DNA of 64,000 bases from Chrysomallon squamiferum (taxonomy: Eukaryota; Animalia; Mollusca). A program made the translations under genes and the position numbers. Where the stretch lies: contig CM022666.1 of the NCBI GenBank assembly GCA_012295275.1, forward strand, positions 15,004,001 to 15,068,000, written 5' to 3'. The notes under the pieces are model-generated. The model had not been told where the DNA came from. It was given only the letters and a program-made list of their open reading frames with translations, and searched no databases. Shown here piece after piece: positions 13,947 through 26,854 of this stretch. The number at the start of each line of letters is the position of its first letter. Positions within the stretch are counted from its first letter, which is position 1.

Positions 13947-15513
13947 ACTCCAAATAAATGTTCAGGCATATCAAAGCATGCATTAACTTTCTAAATTTTG
14001 TAACAAATTCAACAATGAAATCTGTATATGACAAAATAAACACTTTTGAATATTAAATGCAACATCTAAATTTTATTTAAAAAAACAAAACAAACAACGC
14101 TCTCATTTAAATAAGCAGAACCAGGATTGATGCTTATTCTGACAAGACCAATTTTCTTCTCCTTATTGACTTGCTCCATCTTGAAAGATACATCCAACAC
14201 AACGACGTCACTTCACCTTCGATTTAATTATGGATGCATGATTCTACCAACATGTAACATTCTTGGCAAATATACCTAAATACACTTAACTAATTAGTAT
14301 AATTGTTATTGTTAATATTTTGGTTGTTCTTCTTGAAATGAAGAGGCAATAAACAATAATACAAAAAGTATCATGTACACAAAATCCAAACTGCTTTTCC
14401 ATGGTCATGACCAATTCAAGTTTTCTGCAGTTATATCACAATCACAGTATTACATAAAAAACAACAACAACAAAAAAACCCACAGATCTTATCTCATTTA
14501 TCTGTTCTGGTTGATAGTTTGAAATATTAAACAAATACAGATGTGCAGAAATTCCATTTTACACACCTAAATAGAAAGTGATTTTTGAATGTGTTTGGCT
14601 TGCATGATGCTTTGCGCTGCGTTTGTTTAGATTTTCAGATCACATTATGCAAATTCATCCAAGAATTTATACACGGTATAATTTTGTGAAGTGGAATTTT
14701 AATTAAATAAAATCTAATGTACAATGTATCCCAAGTGCCCCAAAAGGTTTACAGCGAAAACGCGATAGACCGCGTACATGTATTGTACTCGAGAGCCAAT
14801 CGGCTGTGATTTAATGTAGGTATTCAAATCTCCGACAACACACTGGACAATACATTCCTGCAGGAGTACAGTCTAACCCAACACAGCGCCAAGTCACCGT
14901 AATGAATGAGAAAATCAAATTTCTAGACGTTATCTTCTTCATTTGGAACTGATATGACGCATTATGAAAACATTTTGAAATCGGGAGTTTTATTTCACGA
15001 CGGACCAGTCCAGCTATACAATAGCGAATGTCACAAAATACTCGCAATTCACTTTTTGTGATGCAAAATTATTTTCAATATCTATCCACTAATATTAAAG
15101 GGGAAGAAAATAATAATTAATTTTTTTTTTTTTTTTTTAGAAGATAATTCATTACATTTAATTTTATTTTTATCATTTCACTGAAACAGAAAATTCTTTT
15201 TTTATGCTAGATTAGTAATCCCATATACAAAATACAGATAACTGACTGGAATTCATAATGTTCACAGAATTCACTTAAAATATTTTTTTCATTTGTCAAT
15301 GTCAATCAGAGTTCTCTTTTGTATTTAAACTTTTCACTTATGAAATATATTTCTGGAGAAATCATTGCCTTCTGACTGATGAAAATAATAAACTTTCAAA
15401 TTCATGGATTTCCTTTAGACGATTTTTGGTGCTGTATTTTAGACAGTATCTGTTCTTGAGGCTTGTTTTAGCCTTGTAAATGTTTTAACATAAAATGGAT
15501 TTAACATTGCAGA

Positions 15514-18500
15514 TCATCGTTGAATATGAGATGGGTAAGCTCCAGTTCTTCTGAGATCTGACTGATCTCTGTGTTGATAGTTCATGGAGTAAGGATCTGC
15601 ATAAGTGAAGGGAAGAGTAGATGGTGTTATCATAGGCTGCTTTTGTGTAGAAGTATGTTCTCGATGTAATGACCCAGGAATATTCAGTGTATTATTTCCT
15701 GTACCGAAAATATTTTGTATTGTATTTCCGACTGCAGTAAATGATGAGCATGATGCAGTTTGTTGAAGCATATTATCATAAGACTGGTGACTTCCAGGAT
15801 CCCATAAAGAGTTTGGAGGCTTCTGTTTGACATGAAAGTCATCATATGAAACTGGAGTTTCCGAATTAACTGAATGATGCATTACAGATGATAACGAACT
15901 AACACCCACAGCTGGCGTTAAGCTTCCACTGTTATTAAACAGTTTTGTAAATTCAAACGATGTAGTGCTTCGTGAGATTATTTCTTCATGTTCATTTCTG
16001 TTTTTGGTAATCTGTTCATCTCTTCTGAACTGCATAAGTTTATTATAATCTACAGCAACCGAGGTATTAACAGGATAAACCTTTTTATCTCTTGATTCTG
16101 ACAAATATTGTTTTACATCGTGAAAATGTTCTCTTTGTCTGCTTGATCTATGATAGAATTCTTCATCCGCCTCTCTTCTGTCTGGTGAAAGTTGATAAGC
16201 TTTTTCACTTACTTCTTGTTGGTTAAAGTCCATCAGCAGATTCGAAACTTTACTTTTTCTTTGATATTTATCCTTTTTATTGTATTCGTCTATCACTGGT
16301 ATGCACTTGTATTGATTACAGTCATCTCGTCTGAATCTAGGTTCTTCTGCACTGATCATACTTTTTTCTGTAACATTTTTTAGTTCTTCCTTGAATAAAT
16401 TAGATGAGCGCTTTGGAAGACATGATTCTATTCGATAATGTTTAATTTCCCGATTCAATGACTCGTCAATTCCTTCTGAAGTTAAATCGGGTAAACCTGA
16501 TGTTTTATGACGTGGCTGATGATCCCTGTCAAAATCATAATCATTATCCTTTCCCTTTGAATGAATGAACACAGTTCTTTCAAGCTTTTCATCAGCATCT
16601 GAAAAGTGAGATCCTTTTAACATAAGAGGTTTCTGTGGTTGCATCCAAACACTGCCTTCCTCTGAAGATTCGTGATCAGAAAACTTTGGATGGAAACAAG
16701 ACAACAGTTTGTTAGATGTTTCTGGATTAGGACTATTTGAAGAATCAAAACTGACATTAAGTGGGTCATCAGAAACTCTGGAAGTATTTAAAGAAGGTTC
16801 TTGTTCCAAAGACGTTTCATGATCTGATTCAGACGAGTCACTTTCAAGAGAATCTTCACCATCCATTACTAAGTCGTTATTTTTGACGCTGGTCTTTCTG
16901 CCGTCTTCTAGTGCATTCAGAATCTGGTTCACACTAACAAAATCAACACGGAGTCTCTTATCCAAGCCTCCCATAGGCCAGCCATGAAATTTAAGGCAAG
17001 CAGCTTGTGCAGCAGAATTACTTTCATACTGAACATAAGCAAAATCAGTTCCCGCTGGCCACACAATTCTTCTGATGTCTCCAAAGCGTCGGAATTCTTT
17101 CCTGATGGTTTCAATATTAACCCAGGATCCTAGACCTCCAACCCAAAGACAGGATGTCACAACAGACTTTCCATAACCAATTCTCAATTTACAATCCTTA
17201 AATATTTTGCCGTTCATGGCAACTTTTGCTTTGTATGCAAAATCCATGTTGATGTATTTAACAAATCCATAAGCTTTATTACCTTGCAGTCTTTTGATGG
17301 TTACAAATTCAATTGGTCCAAATGTCTCAAATTGTTGGCGTATTTCTTTTTCTGAGACATCAGAGGGCAGATTTCCAAGAAACAATGTTCTTGTCGCTTT
17401 TTCATCCAATTCAGGTTCTAAAGTTGTATCATCAGTTGAGGAAACTTCATCTTCATCTGTCACAGAGCGTTTAGTTAATGGCGACACTGACACCGTTGCT
17501 TTCATTATTTTCAATGGAATGTCTGCAGCAAGAGCTTCCACAGCATAACTTGCATGGCTAAAATAAACGTAGGCTATTTTGTGATTTTTCTTTATTTTGA
17601 CAACCACTTTCATCCTCTTGTTGATCTGCTTGTAAGTTGCTTGAAGGATGTTCTTAAGCTCGTGATCTGATATGGATATAGGAATCTGACTAATTTGCAG
17701 TCCAACAATTTTCATTTCATTCTCAAATTCTGGATGTCTGTGTGATCTTTTCAATATATTTTCTGTTTTTGCCTTTTCAGTCTGCGATCCTTTGCTGTAT
17801 CCCAATTTCCACACATCTTTCCCAGTTTTCTTTCTTGAAATTTCCTTGTATGCTCTTTCAGCAGAAGAAACACTCTGAAATGTCACAAAAGCATACCCTT
17901 TTCCATTCTTTGATGTTTTGTAATCAATATCATCAATATTTCCAAATTTGCTGAACACATTCATTAAATCATATCTGCGAACATTTGAATCCAACTTTCC
18001 AACAAACAGAAGATTTGTAGGTGTGTCACTTGCAGTGTGCTTTTCACTGTGGACATCTGAAAAATATTTACTTTTAGTTTCAAGGTTTTGGTGGTAATCA
18101 TGAGACTGGCGTTCTCTTTCTGGGTATCTTTCATGCTCTAAGCTAATGCCATCTGATTTTAAAAGTGGAACAATTTTTACAGGCTTATTGTCTAAAAACA
18201 GGTTGTGATTTGCTTCAAGAGCTGACTTTGCATCTTTGTGATACTGAAAATGAATATCTGCAGTACGATTATCATTGATCCTGTTGATATCAATATCCAT
18301 AGGTCCAAAACGTTTAAACTTTTTCTTCAGGATAACTATTAGCTCTGAGGTCGAGAGATGGTGTGGAATATGTTTTACTGAAAGTGACTTCCACTTAGTC
18401 ATACTTTTAGATTCTGATGCTTCTGTGTGTGGTTTGTTGACTCTGTTCTCTCGGATGACATCAGCATCTAACTGTCCATAACCAATTTTGCATATTCTGC

Positions 18501-19359
18501 CCTTTATGTAACTGTTGTGCAAATTCTCTTTTGCTTTTACTGCTGAATGAACGCTGGAAAATTTTATAAATGCAAAAATCTTCAGCATTTTCGATTTCAA
18601 CCTAATTTTGATATCAATATCTTCTATTGTGCCATATTTTCCAAATATTCTTTCCAGATCATGTTTCTCTACATCTTTAGGCAGGTTGCCCACAAACAGC
18701 ACTCTGGTCGTCATGCTACTTCTATCATCCAAGGTGGAATCATTAGATTTTTCTCTGTATCTTCTTTCACCCATTACACTTCCAGACCTGGAAAAATTAG
18801 GAATTTCCAGTGCCGATACATTCTGTAGTAATTCTGGTTCAAAATTCTTCTTGTAGCATGGTACGACATCAACTTTTCTGTTATCCAACAGTAATGGATG
18901 CTCTTCAATAGACCTGTAAGCCCTCCTGGCACTCTCTTGGTGTGCAAATCTAAGGTATGCAAGTCTGTCAACACCACTGTTCATTATTTTAACACTAACC
19001 CTACCATATTTTTCAAATTCCATTAACAAACCATCCTCTAAATCTGAATCAAGAATTCGACTTGGTATGTAGCTAACACATAAATCCTTGTATTCTTGTT
19101 CAACTTGCCCTCCACTATCAGAGGAACTGTAACCAGCCTCACTTCTTTTATCAATTTCATTGCGAGATTTGTAATATCTTCTACCACTTCCAATTCCATC
19201 ATAACTATCTTTATTCCAAATGATGCCATCCTCTGCGTAACTAGATTTCATAATTTTACTGCGTTTGAATCTATCATGTTTTTCATCTTCTTCACTCCAG
19301 TCCCTGTTACGGTGAGGTCGCTTTACAACATGTTCAGAAACAAAATGTTGTCGCTTCAT
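15514..19359 (-). CDS. RBM15/Spenito-like RNA-binding protein with 7 RRMs, (RRM1-RRM2)x3-RRM3, and no SPOC domain; single coding exon, 1281 aa
   Basis: Uninterrupted 3.85-kb ORF; the ATG at 19359 directly follows the acceptor TCTTTGCAG. RBM15-type signatures: LEDGLLMEFEKYGRVSVKI (RRM1), DEKATRTLFLGNL...AKVAMNGK...RIGYGK (RRM2) and LWVGGLGSWV...EFRRFGDIR...AYVQYES..AAQAAC...GWPMGGLDKRLRVDF (RRM3). The C-terminal ~470 aa are S/D/E-rich and low-complexity. Confidence 0.9.
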   Translation of the reverse strand: MKRQHFVSEHVVKRPHRNRDWSEEDEKHDRFKRSKIMKSSYAEDGIIWNKDSYDGIGSGRRYYKSRNEIDKRSEAGYSSSDSGGQVEQEYKDLCVSYIPSRILDSDLEDGLLMEFEKYGRVSVKIMNSGVDRLAYLRFAHQESARRAYRSIEEHPLLLDNRKVDVVPCYKKNFEPELLQNVSALEIPNFSRSGSVMGERRYREKSNDSTLDDRSSMTTRVLFVGNLPKDVEKHDLERIFGKYGTIEDIDIKIRLKSKMLKIFAFIKFSSVHSAVKAKENLHNSYIKGRICKIGYGQLDADVIRENRVNKPHTEASESKSMTKWKSLSVKHIPHHLSTSELIVILKKKFKRFGPMDIDINRINDNRTADIHFQYHKDAKSALEANHNLFLDNKPVKIVPLLKSDGISLEHERYPERERQSHDYHQNLETKSKYFSDVHSEKHTASDTPTNLLFVGKLDSNVRRYDLMNVFSKFGNIDDIDYKTSKNGKGYAFVTFQSVSSAERAYKEISRKKTGKDVWKLGYSKGSQTEKAKTENILKRSHRHPEFENEMKIVGLQISQIPISISDHELKNILQATYKQINKRMKVVVKIKKNHKIAYVYFSHASYAVEALAADIPLKIMKATVSVSPLTKRSVTDEDEVSSTDDTTLEPELDEKATRTLFLGNLPSDVSEKEIRQQFETFGPIEFVTIKRLQGNKAYGFVKYINMDFAYKAKVAMNGKIFKDCKLRIGYGKSVVTSCLWVGGLGSWVNIETIRKEFRRFGDIRRIVWPAGTDFAYVQYESNSAAQAACLKFHGWPMGGLDKRLRVDFVSVNQILNALEDGRKTSVKNNDLVMDGEDSLESDSSESDHETSLEQEPSLNTSRVSDDPLNVSFDSSNSPNPETSNKLLSCFHPKFSDHESSEEGSVWMQPQKPLMLKGSHFSDADEKLERTVFIHSKGKDNDYDFDRDHQPRHKTSGLPDLTSEGIDESLNREIKHYRIESCLPKRSSNLFKEELKNVTEKSMISAEEPRFRRDDCNQYKCIPVIDEYNKKDKYQRKSKVSNLLMDFNQQEVSEKAYQLSPDRREADEEFYHRSSRQREHFHDVKQYLSESRDKKVYPVNTSVAVDYNKLMQFRRDEQITKNRNEHEEIISRSTTSFEFTKLFNNSGSLTPAVGVSSLSSVMHHSVNSETPVSYDDFHVKQKPPNSLWDPGSHQSYDNMLQQTASCSSFTAVGNTIQNIFGTGNNTLNIPGSLHREHTSTQKQPMITPSTLPFTYADPYSMNYQHRDQSDLRRTGAYPSHIQR

Positions 19360-21226
19360 CTGCAAAGATAAATTCTATAATGATTTGAAAACCAATTTAT
19401 TTTTGTTCATAAATTTGCCACATTTTCATGCCAGTAGAAGGTATACAGACATTTATTGCCAAATTAAATGGCAAAATGCAGAACAAAAAAGAAATGGTAA
19501 CAAATATTGTTGTTTTGTTTTCTAAACATATGTCCACAGGTGGAAAAAAAAAAAAAAAAAAAATGATTTACTTTATGATTTACAAAACAAATAATAGTTA
19601 ATTTAATTTGAGTGTTTTCAGATATTAATAGTCCACTAATTTGATTTAGTATTAAAAAAATATCAGATGAATCTATATTAAATAGTACGATATAAACAAA
19701 ACTATTTTACAAAATCCGTTTCTTAATGAAAACGATTTTTAAAGACATTTTAACAACATGACAAAAAGTAAGACAGTATTTTTAAAAAGTGTTACCACAA
19801 GACATTCCTATATAATTCAATTTATTAATTATTTTATACAGGCAATGTGTGTTGCAGAAAAGTACTTTACTGCAAATATGCTTTAACATGAAAAGAATGT
19901 TTCCTGATCAATTTGATGGACTGCTTTATTATGAATTAATAACATCTTCAATTATTCCTGTAACCATCTTCAAATGTCACCTGTTAGTGATAATCAGCAA
20001 CACTGTAAGTTAATATTCTGAACCTGATTCATGTATCACATAAAATTAATGTTTAAGATCAGACAAACTTTGCCACTCTTTGTAATAAGCTTCAGTCTCT
20101 TCTTTTTCGTCTATATAAGTATATATATATATATTCACCACTGCTTGTTTTGCTGTTTTTTGTAAGCATAATGTGGGGAAAAAAATTAAAATCTTTACAA
20201 TATCAGATAACAGAAACTTTCAAGAATGTACAGGATTCGTTAAAAAGAAAATATATATATATATTTTTATTTTTAAGTATTTATTTGATTTTATTTGAAA
20301 AAAAAATTTCAACTTTTCACAAGTAGTTTAAAATCCCCAGCTATCGTCTTGACATTGCATTACCCAATCAGCCAACTGAGATCCCCATTCAGTATATAGC
20401 ATCATTTGAATCATTTAAAAATTAATTTATTAGCTAAATTACTTTGTAATTATGAAGTAAAATACTTTTTCTATCATCAGCTGTTAAATATTAACATTTA
20501 CAGACTGTGGTTGTTATTAGAATTAGTCTTCAAATGTTTGCTTGAAATCATGTACAAAACAGATGATAAAATTTATAAATATTTAAACAACTCTTGTAAA
20601 TTAAAATATATATATATAAACAATAAAATAAATTCTAGTGAGAAAAATACAATTGTCTCACTAGTTCCAACAAAGATAGAAATCACTCCTTTTGTTGACA
20701 ATTTATTCATGAGACATGTTTTCACAATGAGATTTATCTGTTTTTTAAGTTGTTCTTACTGATGCAGACTACAGCTGCTACATTCTATCAAACCTTTTTT
20801 TTTTACCACAAGTCTAATTATGAAGAATAAATTAAATTAAATAAATTGCTTTGATAGGCTGCAAGAATATAATTTTTCAAATGTCAACATTTCTCATTTT
20901 ATGTAATCAGTTAACATCATTTGGCAAAGTTAAATAAAACTGATAAATTATCAGTGAAAATTATCTTTTTACATTTGTCGTGAAAATAGCAGAAAAAATT
21001 TAAATATTTAACTCCATCATACAAACTGTGAAATAATGAATAAAATACTTTATTTCTACAATAATAATTTCAGTACGAGTTTTCCAGTTTTATGAATAAA
21101 GCACAAGAAATTATAGCTGTAATCTTTCATGTAAAGCACAAGAAATTATGGCAATCTTTCATGGCATATTCATATTTTTGCTTTTAATATTTAAAACTAA
21201 AGCATCTGTGATATTTAAAAGATTAC

Positions 21227-22480
21227 CTTGAATAATAAACAGCACCAGGATGTCTTTAAACTCCTGCAGTGTTATTCTCTCTGCTTGTACAAAATGTTTA
21301 TCATAGAATATTATTTATCCTATAGTAAATTCGGTTATGTATTTGGAAATTTCCAACTTCCTCCCTCAAAGAAGCACTGATCTATTAAAAATGGATTTCA
21401 AATATTCAGTTTTAGAAAAGTTAACTTTGGTTAAAGATTTCAAGTACAGTATGCATGTATCTGCAATTGTGTACATCACAATCTTATTATAATTTTAATA
21501 AAATATATATAGATTACTCTGTCAGTCTGCGTACATAAACATTAAAATTGTACTTTTGATTTACCGAGATCATTTCTGTTAGTATTTATCTTAATTATTC
21601 AATTTTCTATGGAAATCAATCTTAACATGACTTTAAATTTACATTTTGTTTTTTTAAAAATAACATTAAAATAATAAAATTTAAAAAAATACAAATATAC
21701 TTCTTTCATTCACTGTTCACATAAATGTTTATTTATTAACAATATGACAAATGATTCAGGGTCAAAGGAATGAAATAATAAGCAATAACATATCTACTCT
21801 ATTTGCCCATACATGTTACAAGCACTGGCAGTGTCAAAAACAGAAATCAAAAACTAGATCCTAAACTATCACTGGCAATTCTGTCACTATGTCAGGCCAA
21901 TGAACACAGCAGAAATAAATAGTCACATCACATACAGTAACACATCTTTATTATTATTATTATTATTATTAAAAGAGTATTATTATTTTGGTTATCTAGC
22001 TAAATTTAACACTTATTTAGTTATTACTATTAGTATTACTAATTTACTACATTAGCAGAAGCTGTACTCAACATTTTGTTTTACTGCTAGTTCAGATACT
22101 GTCAAAACCATTCCGAAAATACAAATGGGGGGGGAGATAAATGTTGCTATAGAGTATCATTATCATTATGTATACAGTATAGTATATAATAAAATTAATA
22201 TATTTTTCCACTAGCACAGAAGCCTCAGTAGCAATAAAACCAAATAAAACCTCTGCCAACAAGGGATAGAACCATACTGCAACAAAAGTGTTATTTTTTC
22301 TTTACTACACCTTTCACGTAAGTTACAAACAATACTCAGTATTCATCATATCATTATTGTTAAAACGCCACAAAATTTCACGATTGCTACTTCTACAGCA
22401 GACGTTTCCGGTCCAATTAACAGAGCATGCGTACGTGTTAACTCGACTGCGACTTACTCGACTGTACTGTCTTCCAAATC
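21227..22480 (-). other. Candidate 5'-UTR exons of the RBM15-like gene (21227-21381, and an exon ending at the donor at 22457)
   Basis: Minus-strand acceptor TTTTTAATAG at 21382 with donor AAG|GTAATC at 21226; donor CGA|GTAAGT at 22457 in a CpG-enriched patch. Splice-motif evidence only. Confidence 0.3.
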
Positions 22481-22501
22481 ACCTTCTACAAAAGAACTTG
22501 C

Positions 22502-22504
<3 letters not shown>

Positions 22505-22564
<60 letters not shown>

Positions 22565-22600
22565 TAATAATAATAAATATAATAATAATAATAATAAGAA
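22505..22600. repeat. (AAT)n microsatellite between the divergent RBM15-like and EMSY genes
   Basis: Visible run. Confidence 0.95.
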
Positions 22601-23972
22601 GAAGAAGAATAGGTGATGTTACTGAATTTATTATTATTTAAAAAAAATATTACTATTAAAGCTACTACTACTAATACTAATTTTACTACTAGTATTATTA
22701 TTATTGTTGTTGTTGTTGTTATTGTTAAACTACTTTTAATTAAACATCTTGAAATACATGTAAAATACGTGTAGAGTACATTTACATATTTATAATAATT
22801 GTGAGAAACATGCATAGGGTAAATATATCAATCCATTCCAAATTTTTCACGATTTGGTTGCACCAGATTGGGTGAATAAAAATATTAAAATACATTCACT
22901 GAAACTTAAATTCGTTTTAGTTTGTATAATTAAAATATCTATAAGTAACTGATTATATGATCGTATATAAGCGACAAATGCAAGAAATATCAGTTGTTTA
23001 TAGGAAAGTAGTTTATTGGTAATACATTTACTCGACAACTGGTTCCCTCTAAAGTATTCGCAAAATAATTGACAAAATGCGGAATGTTCAGTATTAGTCT
23101 AATCAAAATGGTAGACAAAAAGTAGTTGGCCTCTTTTAGAAGAATGAAATTTTAAAATTATGCAATTTTAGGACTGTTTCTAGACATTGCAAAGCACTGG
23201 CAAGACTTTTTATTTAAATGTATTTGTCATTCTAACAGTTTTTAAATATTAAAATATGGTACTATATGTTAATAATGAATTATATTGTAATTTTAGCGAT
23301 TCAGTTCCTAGGATCCTGGGTTAGTTACTTTGTTTAACCGCACAAAACTAAGAACATTTCATTTTGAATTAATAAAACTCATATAGATTGTCCTTTAGGT
23401 TTTTGTTTTTTTAAAGAAAATACACAAGTTTTAAATAATTGAAATCTGCGCGATTCATTTGAAATTCGTCACACAGACTCGCACGATTTTTGTCTTTATT
23501 TTATTTTATTTTTTCTACTTTTTAAAATTAAGATCTCTTGTATTTTATAGTTGTTGGGGTAAAACTCATTCAAACAATTACTAACGAGACAAATGAAAAG
23601 GAAACTCTTTAAATTGCTCTAGAATTCATTGTAATTTAATCTACTACATTGATAGTTTTAATATATCTTAGGCGAAAAGAAGAGAGGCACGTAACAGATT
23701 AAAAATTTTAACAATAGCATAACCCTATCTTAAAACTGTATTATAATTATACAGATTGAAATAAATGTGTTTACAGTCAGAAATGTTTCAGAATTACATC
23801 CAGTAAATATGATAATTTAAAATAAAAACAAATAAATCACATCTTAAAATATCTTAAAAGTGTTTCTTTACAGTTGTTTTTATTATTACTACTACCATTA
23901 TTATTATTAATTATTATTATTATTATTATTTTTTTTTTCTTATTTTCAGTATTAGTAAATTGGTAGAAAATA

Positions 23973-26792
23973 ATGTGGCCAATGTTGCTGGATCTTTCAC
24001 GAGACGAATCAAAGCGAGTTCTGCGTCGCATGGAGCTTGAGGCATATTCTTCGGTGATCACTGCGTTCAGAGCGCAAGGTGATTTGACAAAAGAAAAGAA
24101 GGCTATGCTTCAAGATCTTCAAAATGTTCTCAGGTTAATAAATCTTTATTAATTAACATATTTGGTAAAATTAAAGGTAATAATTAATTGAAAAAAAAAA
24201 TATATATATTATATATATGTATATAGTAATAAATAATTCAATTTTTTTTTTTTAATTCCTGAATAAAATATATTGTTTTAATTGTGCATTTTAAAAAAGA
24301 ATTTACAATTAAACAAAAAATTAATTTCAGTTTGATTGTCTGATTAAACTAATGTTCAGTTCAGTTTGTGAGTTTCGTGTTTTGTTTTTTATAATCTGAC
24401 AGTATTTCAACTGAACGACATCGTGCAGAAGTCAGAAGAGCTGTGAATGATGAAAAACTGGCCACAGTTGCAGACAAGTATTATTCTAAACAGTTTAAAT
24501 TTGCTAATTAAAATTTACCGATTTATTATTATATTTATTTAGTAAAGTGATGTTATCTCTTTGGTACATTTTAAATTGGAAGTCTGTCTTTTGCATATAA
24601 TTAACAAACTAACAATATAAACATTTCTGTCTGTTTGTGAATAACAAGTATGAAAGAAAATTATTTCAATACAGTACAGTTTCAAATTATTGGCGGAAAT
24701 TATAGAATCTAAACAAATTGTGTATTAATTATTCTTTAAATTTTCTAGTCTTCTTTTCTTTATATTTGAAATCAAATGAGTGGGGTTCTTTTTTCAGCAT
24801 TGCTGGTTCAAACACGACCTCAGAGTGGATGATAGAAGGCAGGAGGTTGGTGCCGTTGATGCCAAGACTTGTTCCACAAACAGCGTTCACCGCAACGGCA
24901 AACCAGGCAGCACACTTGCAAGCTGAGAAGAACCTCACACTTCCTTTGCCAGTTTTCACAGGAAACAAGGAAGGTAAACTGATTCACATAAAAAACAAAA
25001 AACCCACTGAACATGTCTAATGGAAAATAAATTCCTTCCGTATTTATAAACTGTAAAATAATTGTGTTTAAAGACTGAGAAATTTTATTAGGATGGTACA
25101 TTGTTAATAAAAAGTAATAAAAATTGTTTTAGGGGAGAAATAAAAGAAATAAATAAATCATGTTTCTGTTTACAAATTAAAATGATTGTTTTGAAAGGAA
25201 AAAGCATTTATCATCTGAAATCTGACTAAATTAATATAATGTGAGTTTAATGATACTAAGTACTGATACTTTTTTAATGGTGTTTGTTTTTTAGTGAACA
25301 ACGTGACGTCGGTGTCAACAAGCACATCCACATCAACCCCACCCACATCGCGGCCGTCTTGCCCCACCAGTCCCACCTCAAACGTTGTTGTACTTCCCAG
25401 TGGGGCTTCCATTCACATCAAAGGTTTGTCACGCCTCAAAGTTTTCAGTCGTCTGCTTCGTGTTGATGAAAAGAATTTAATTTAAAACAGAACATTTTTA
25501 TGTTAGTGGTGTCATTATTTAAAGATTTATTTAGTGATATGAATTTTGATGTCTAAACTGAAGGTTTTGTGAAGTTAGATTTATTTTATATTTATTATTG
25601 AATATTTAAGGGCAACAATTTGAATGCTAATTCTGTGTGTATATTTAGATATATTTAGATATCAAGTTATGAGTTTTTGTATTATGGTATGAGTTAAAAT
25701 GTTGAAATATTAATTTTTTATGTCTGATCTGAATATATTTAATAAACCAGAGAGTTTGAGGTTTTATTTTATATCTGTGCATATTATTTATTAATATATC
25801 CAACATAAATGTTTACTTTCATCTTTTTATGTTAAAAATGAAAGATTACTTATATATTTTGACATTTAAAATAGATGTTTACTAACATGTTTTAACATTA
25901 AAAATATATGTTTTCTGATGAATTCTGATGTTAAAAGTAAATATTTTTATCAATAATTTTAATTATATCTTTTAATTTTAAAAGTAAATGTTTACATATG
26001 TTTTCAGATTAAAAATAAATGTTTCCAGGAAAGGTTTAATTGCAAGTTTTGGTGTCAAAAGTGAACATTTACATAACTATTTTGTAAATTAAATGATTAG
26101 TTACAGGTTTTGATGTTTAAAAGTAAATGTTTATTTACATGTTTTGACACTGAAAGTAAATGTTTTGATGTTTCAGGATGTTTGAACACAGACTATGAGG
26201 AGGAGATGCACACACGAAAACGTCGACGTAGTTTGTCAAACGACAGCCTGAGCTCGTCAATTGGAACTCAGACACCCAGACTTACGTACCCAACTACTAC
26301 AACGTCATCTGTTCCAAGCATGTCGCCAGTAAAAATAACCATCAGCAAGAGTCCACAGGGCCGAACAATTGTATCAACACCAGGAGTACAACCTCCAAAG
26401 GTAAATTCTTCATTTCGCACGTTTATGTAATAGTAATTTTTATATTACTCCTTAACTTTGTAAGATGGAACATTTATTTATCCCTTGTTTACAAATTTCC
26501 TTGTGAGATACATTACAGAAAAATTTGTTTTTCCAGAGAGAGAGAGAGAGTGTGACTGAGTGTGAATAAATGAGTTAGTTGATAGTTTCTGAGATACATC
26601 ACAGATAAATTTGTTTTCCCAGAGAGAGAGAATGTGTGAATGAGTGAGTGAGTGTGTGTGTGTGTGAGAGTGAGTTGATAGTTTCTGAGATACATTACAG
26701 ATAAATTTGTTTTTCCAGAGAGAGAGAGTGTGACTGAGTGTGAATGAATGAGTTAGTTGATAGTTTCTGAGATACATCACAGATAAATTTGT

Positions 26793-26854
<62 letters not shown>

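Noticed and set aside
14540-15100. CpG-richer segment and 78-aa ORF (14811-15047) as a gene or SPOC exon of the RBM15-like gene
   Set aside because: No recognisable domain or convincing splice context. It may be a transposon remnant, but no clear termini were found.
19360-19365. ORF-track start (TTG) at 19365
   Set aside because: TTGCAG is the splice acceptor; the first ATG is at 19359.
16192-19371. Short + strand and alternate-frame ORFs overlapping the RBM15-like CDS
   Set aside because: Shadow ORFs of a long coding exon, with no recognisable motifs.
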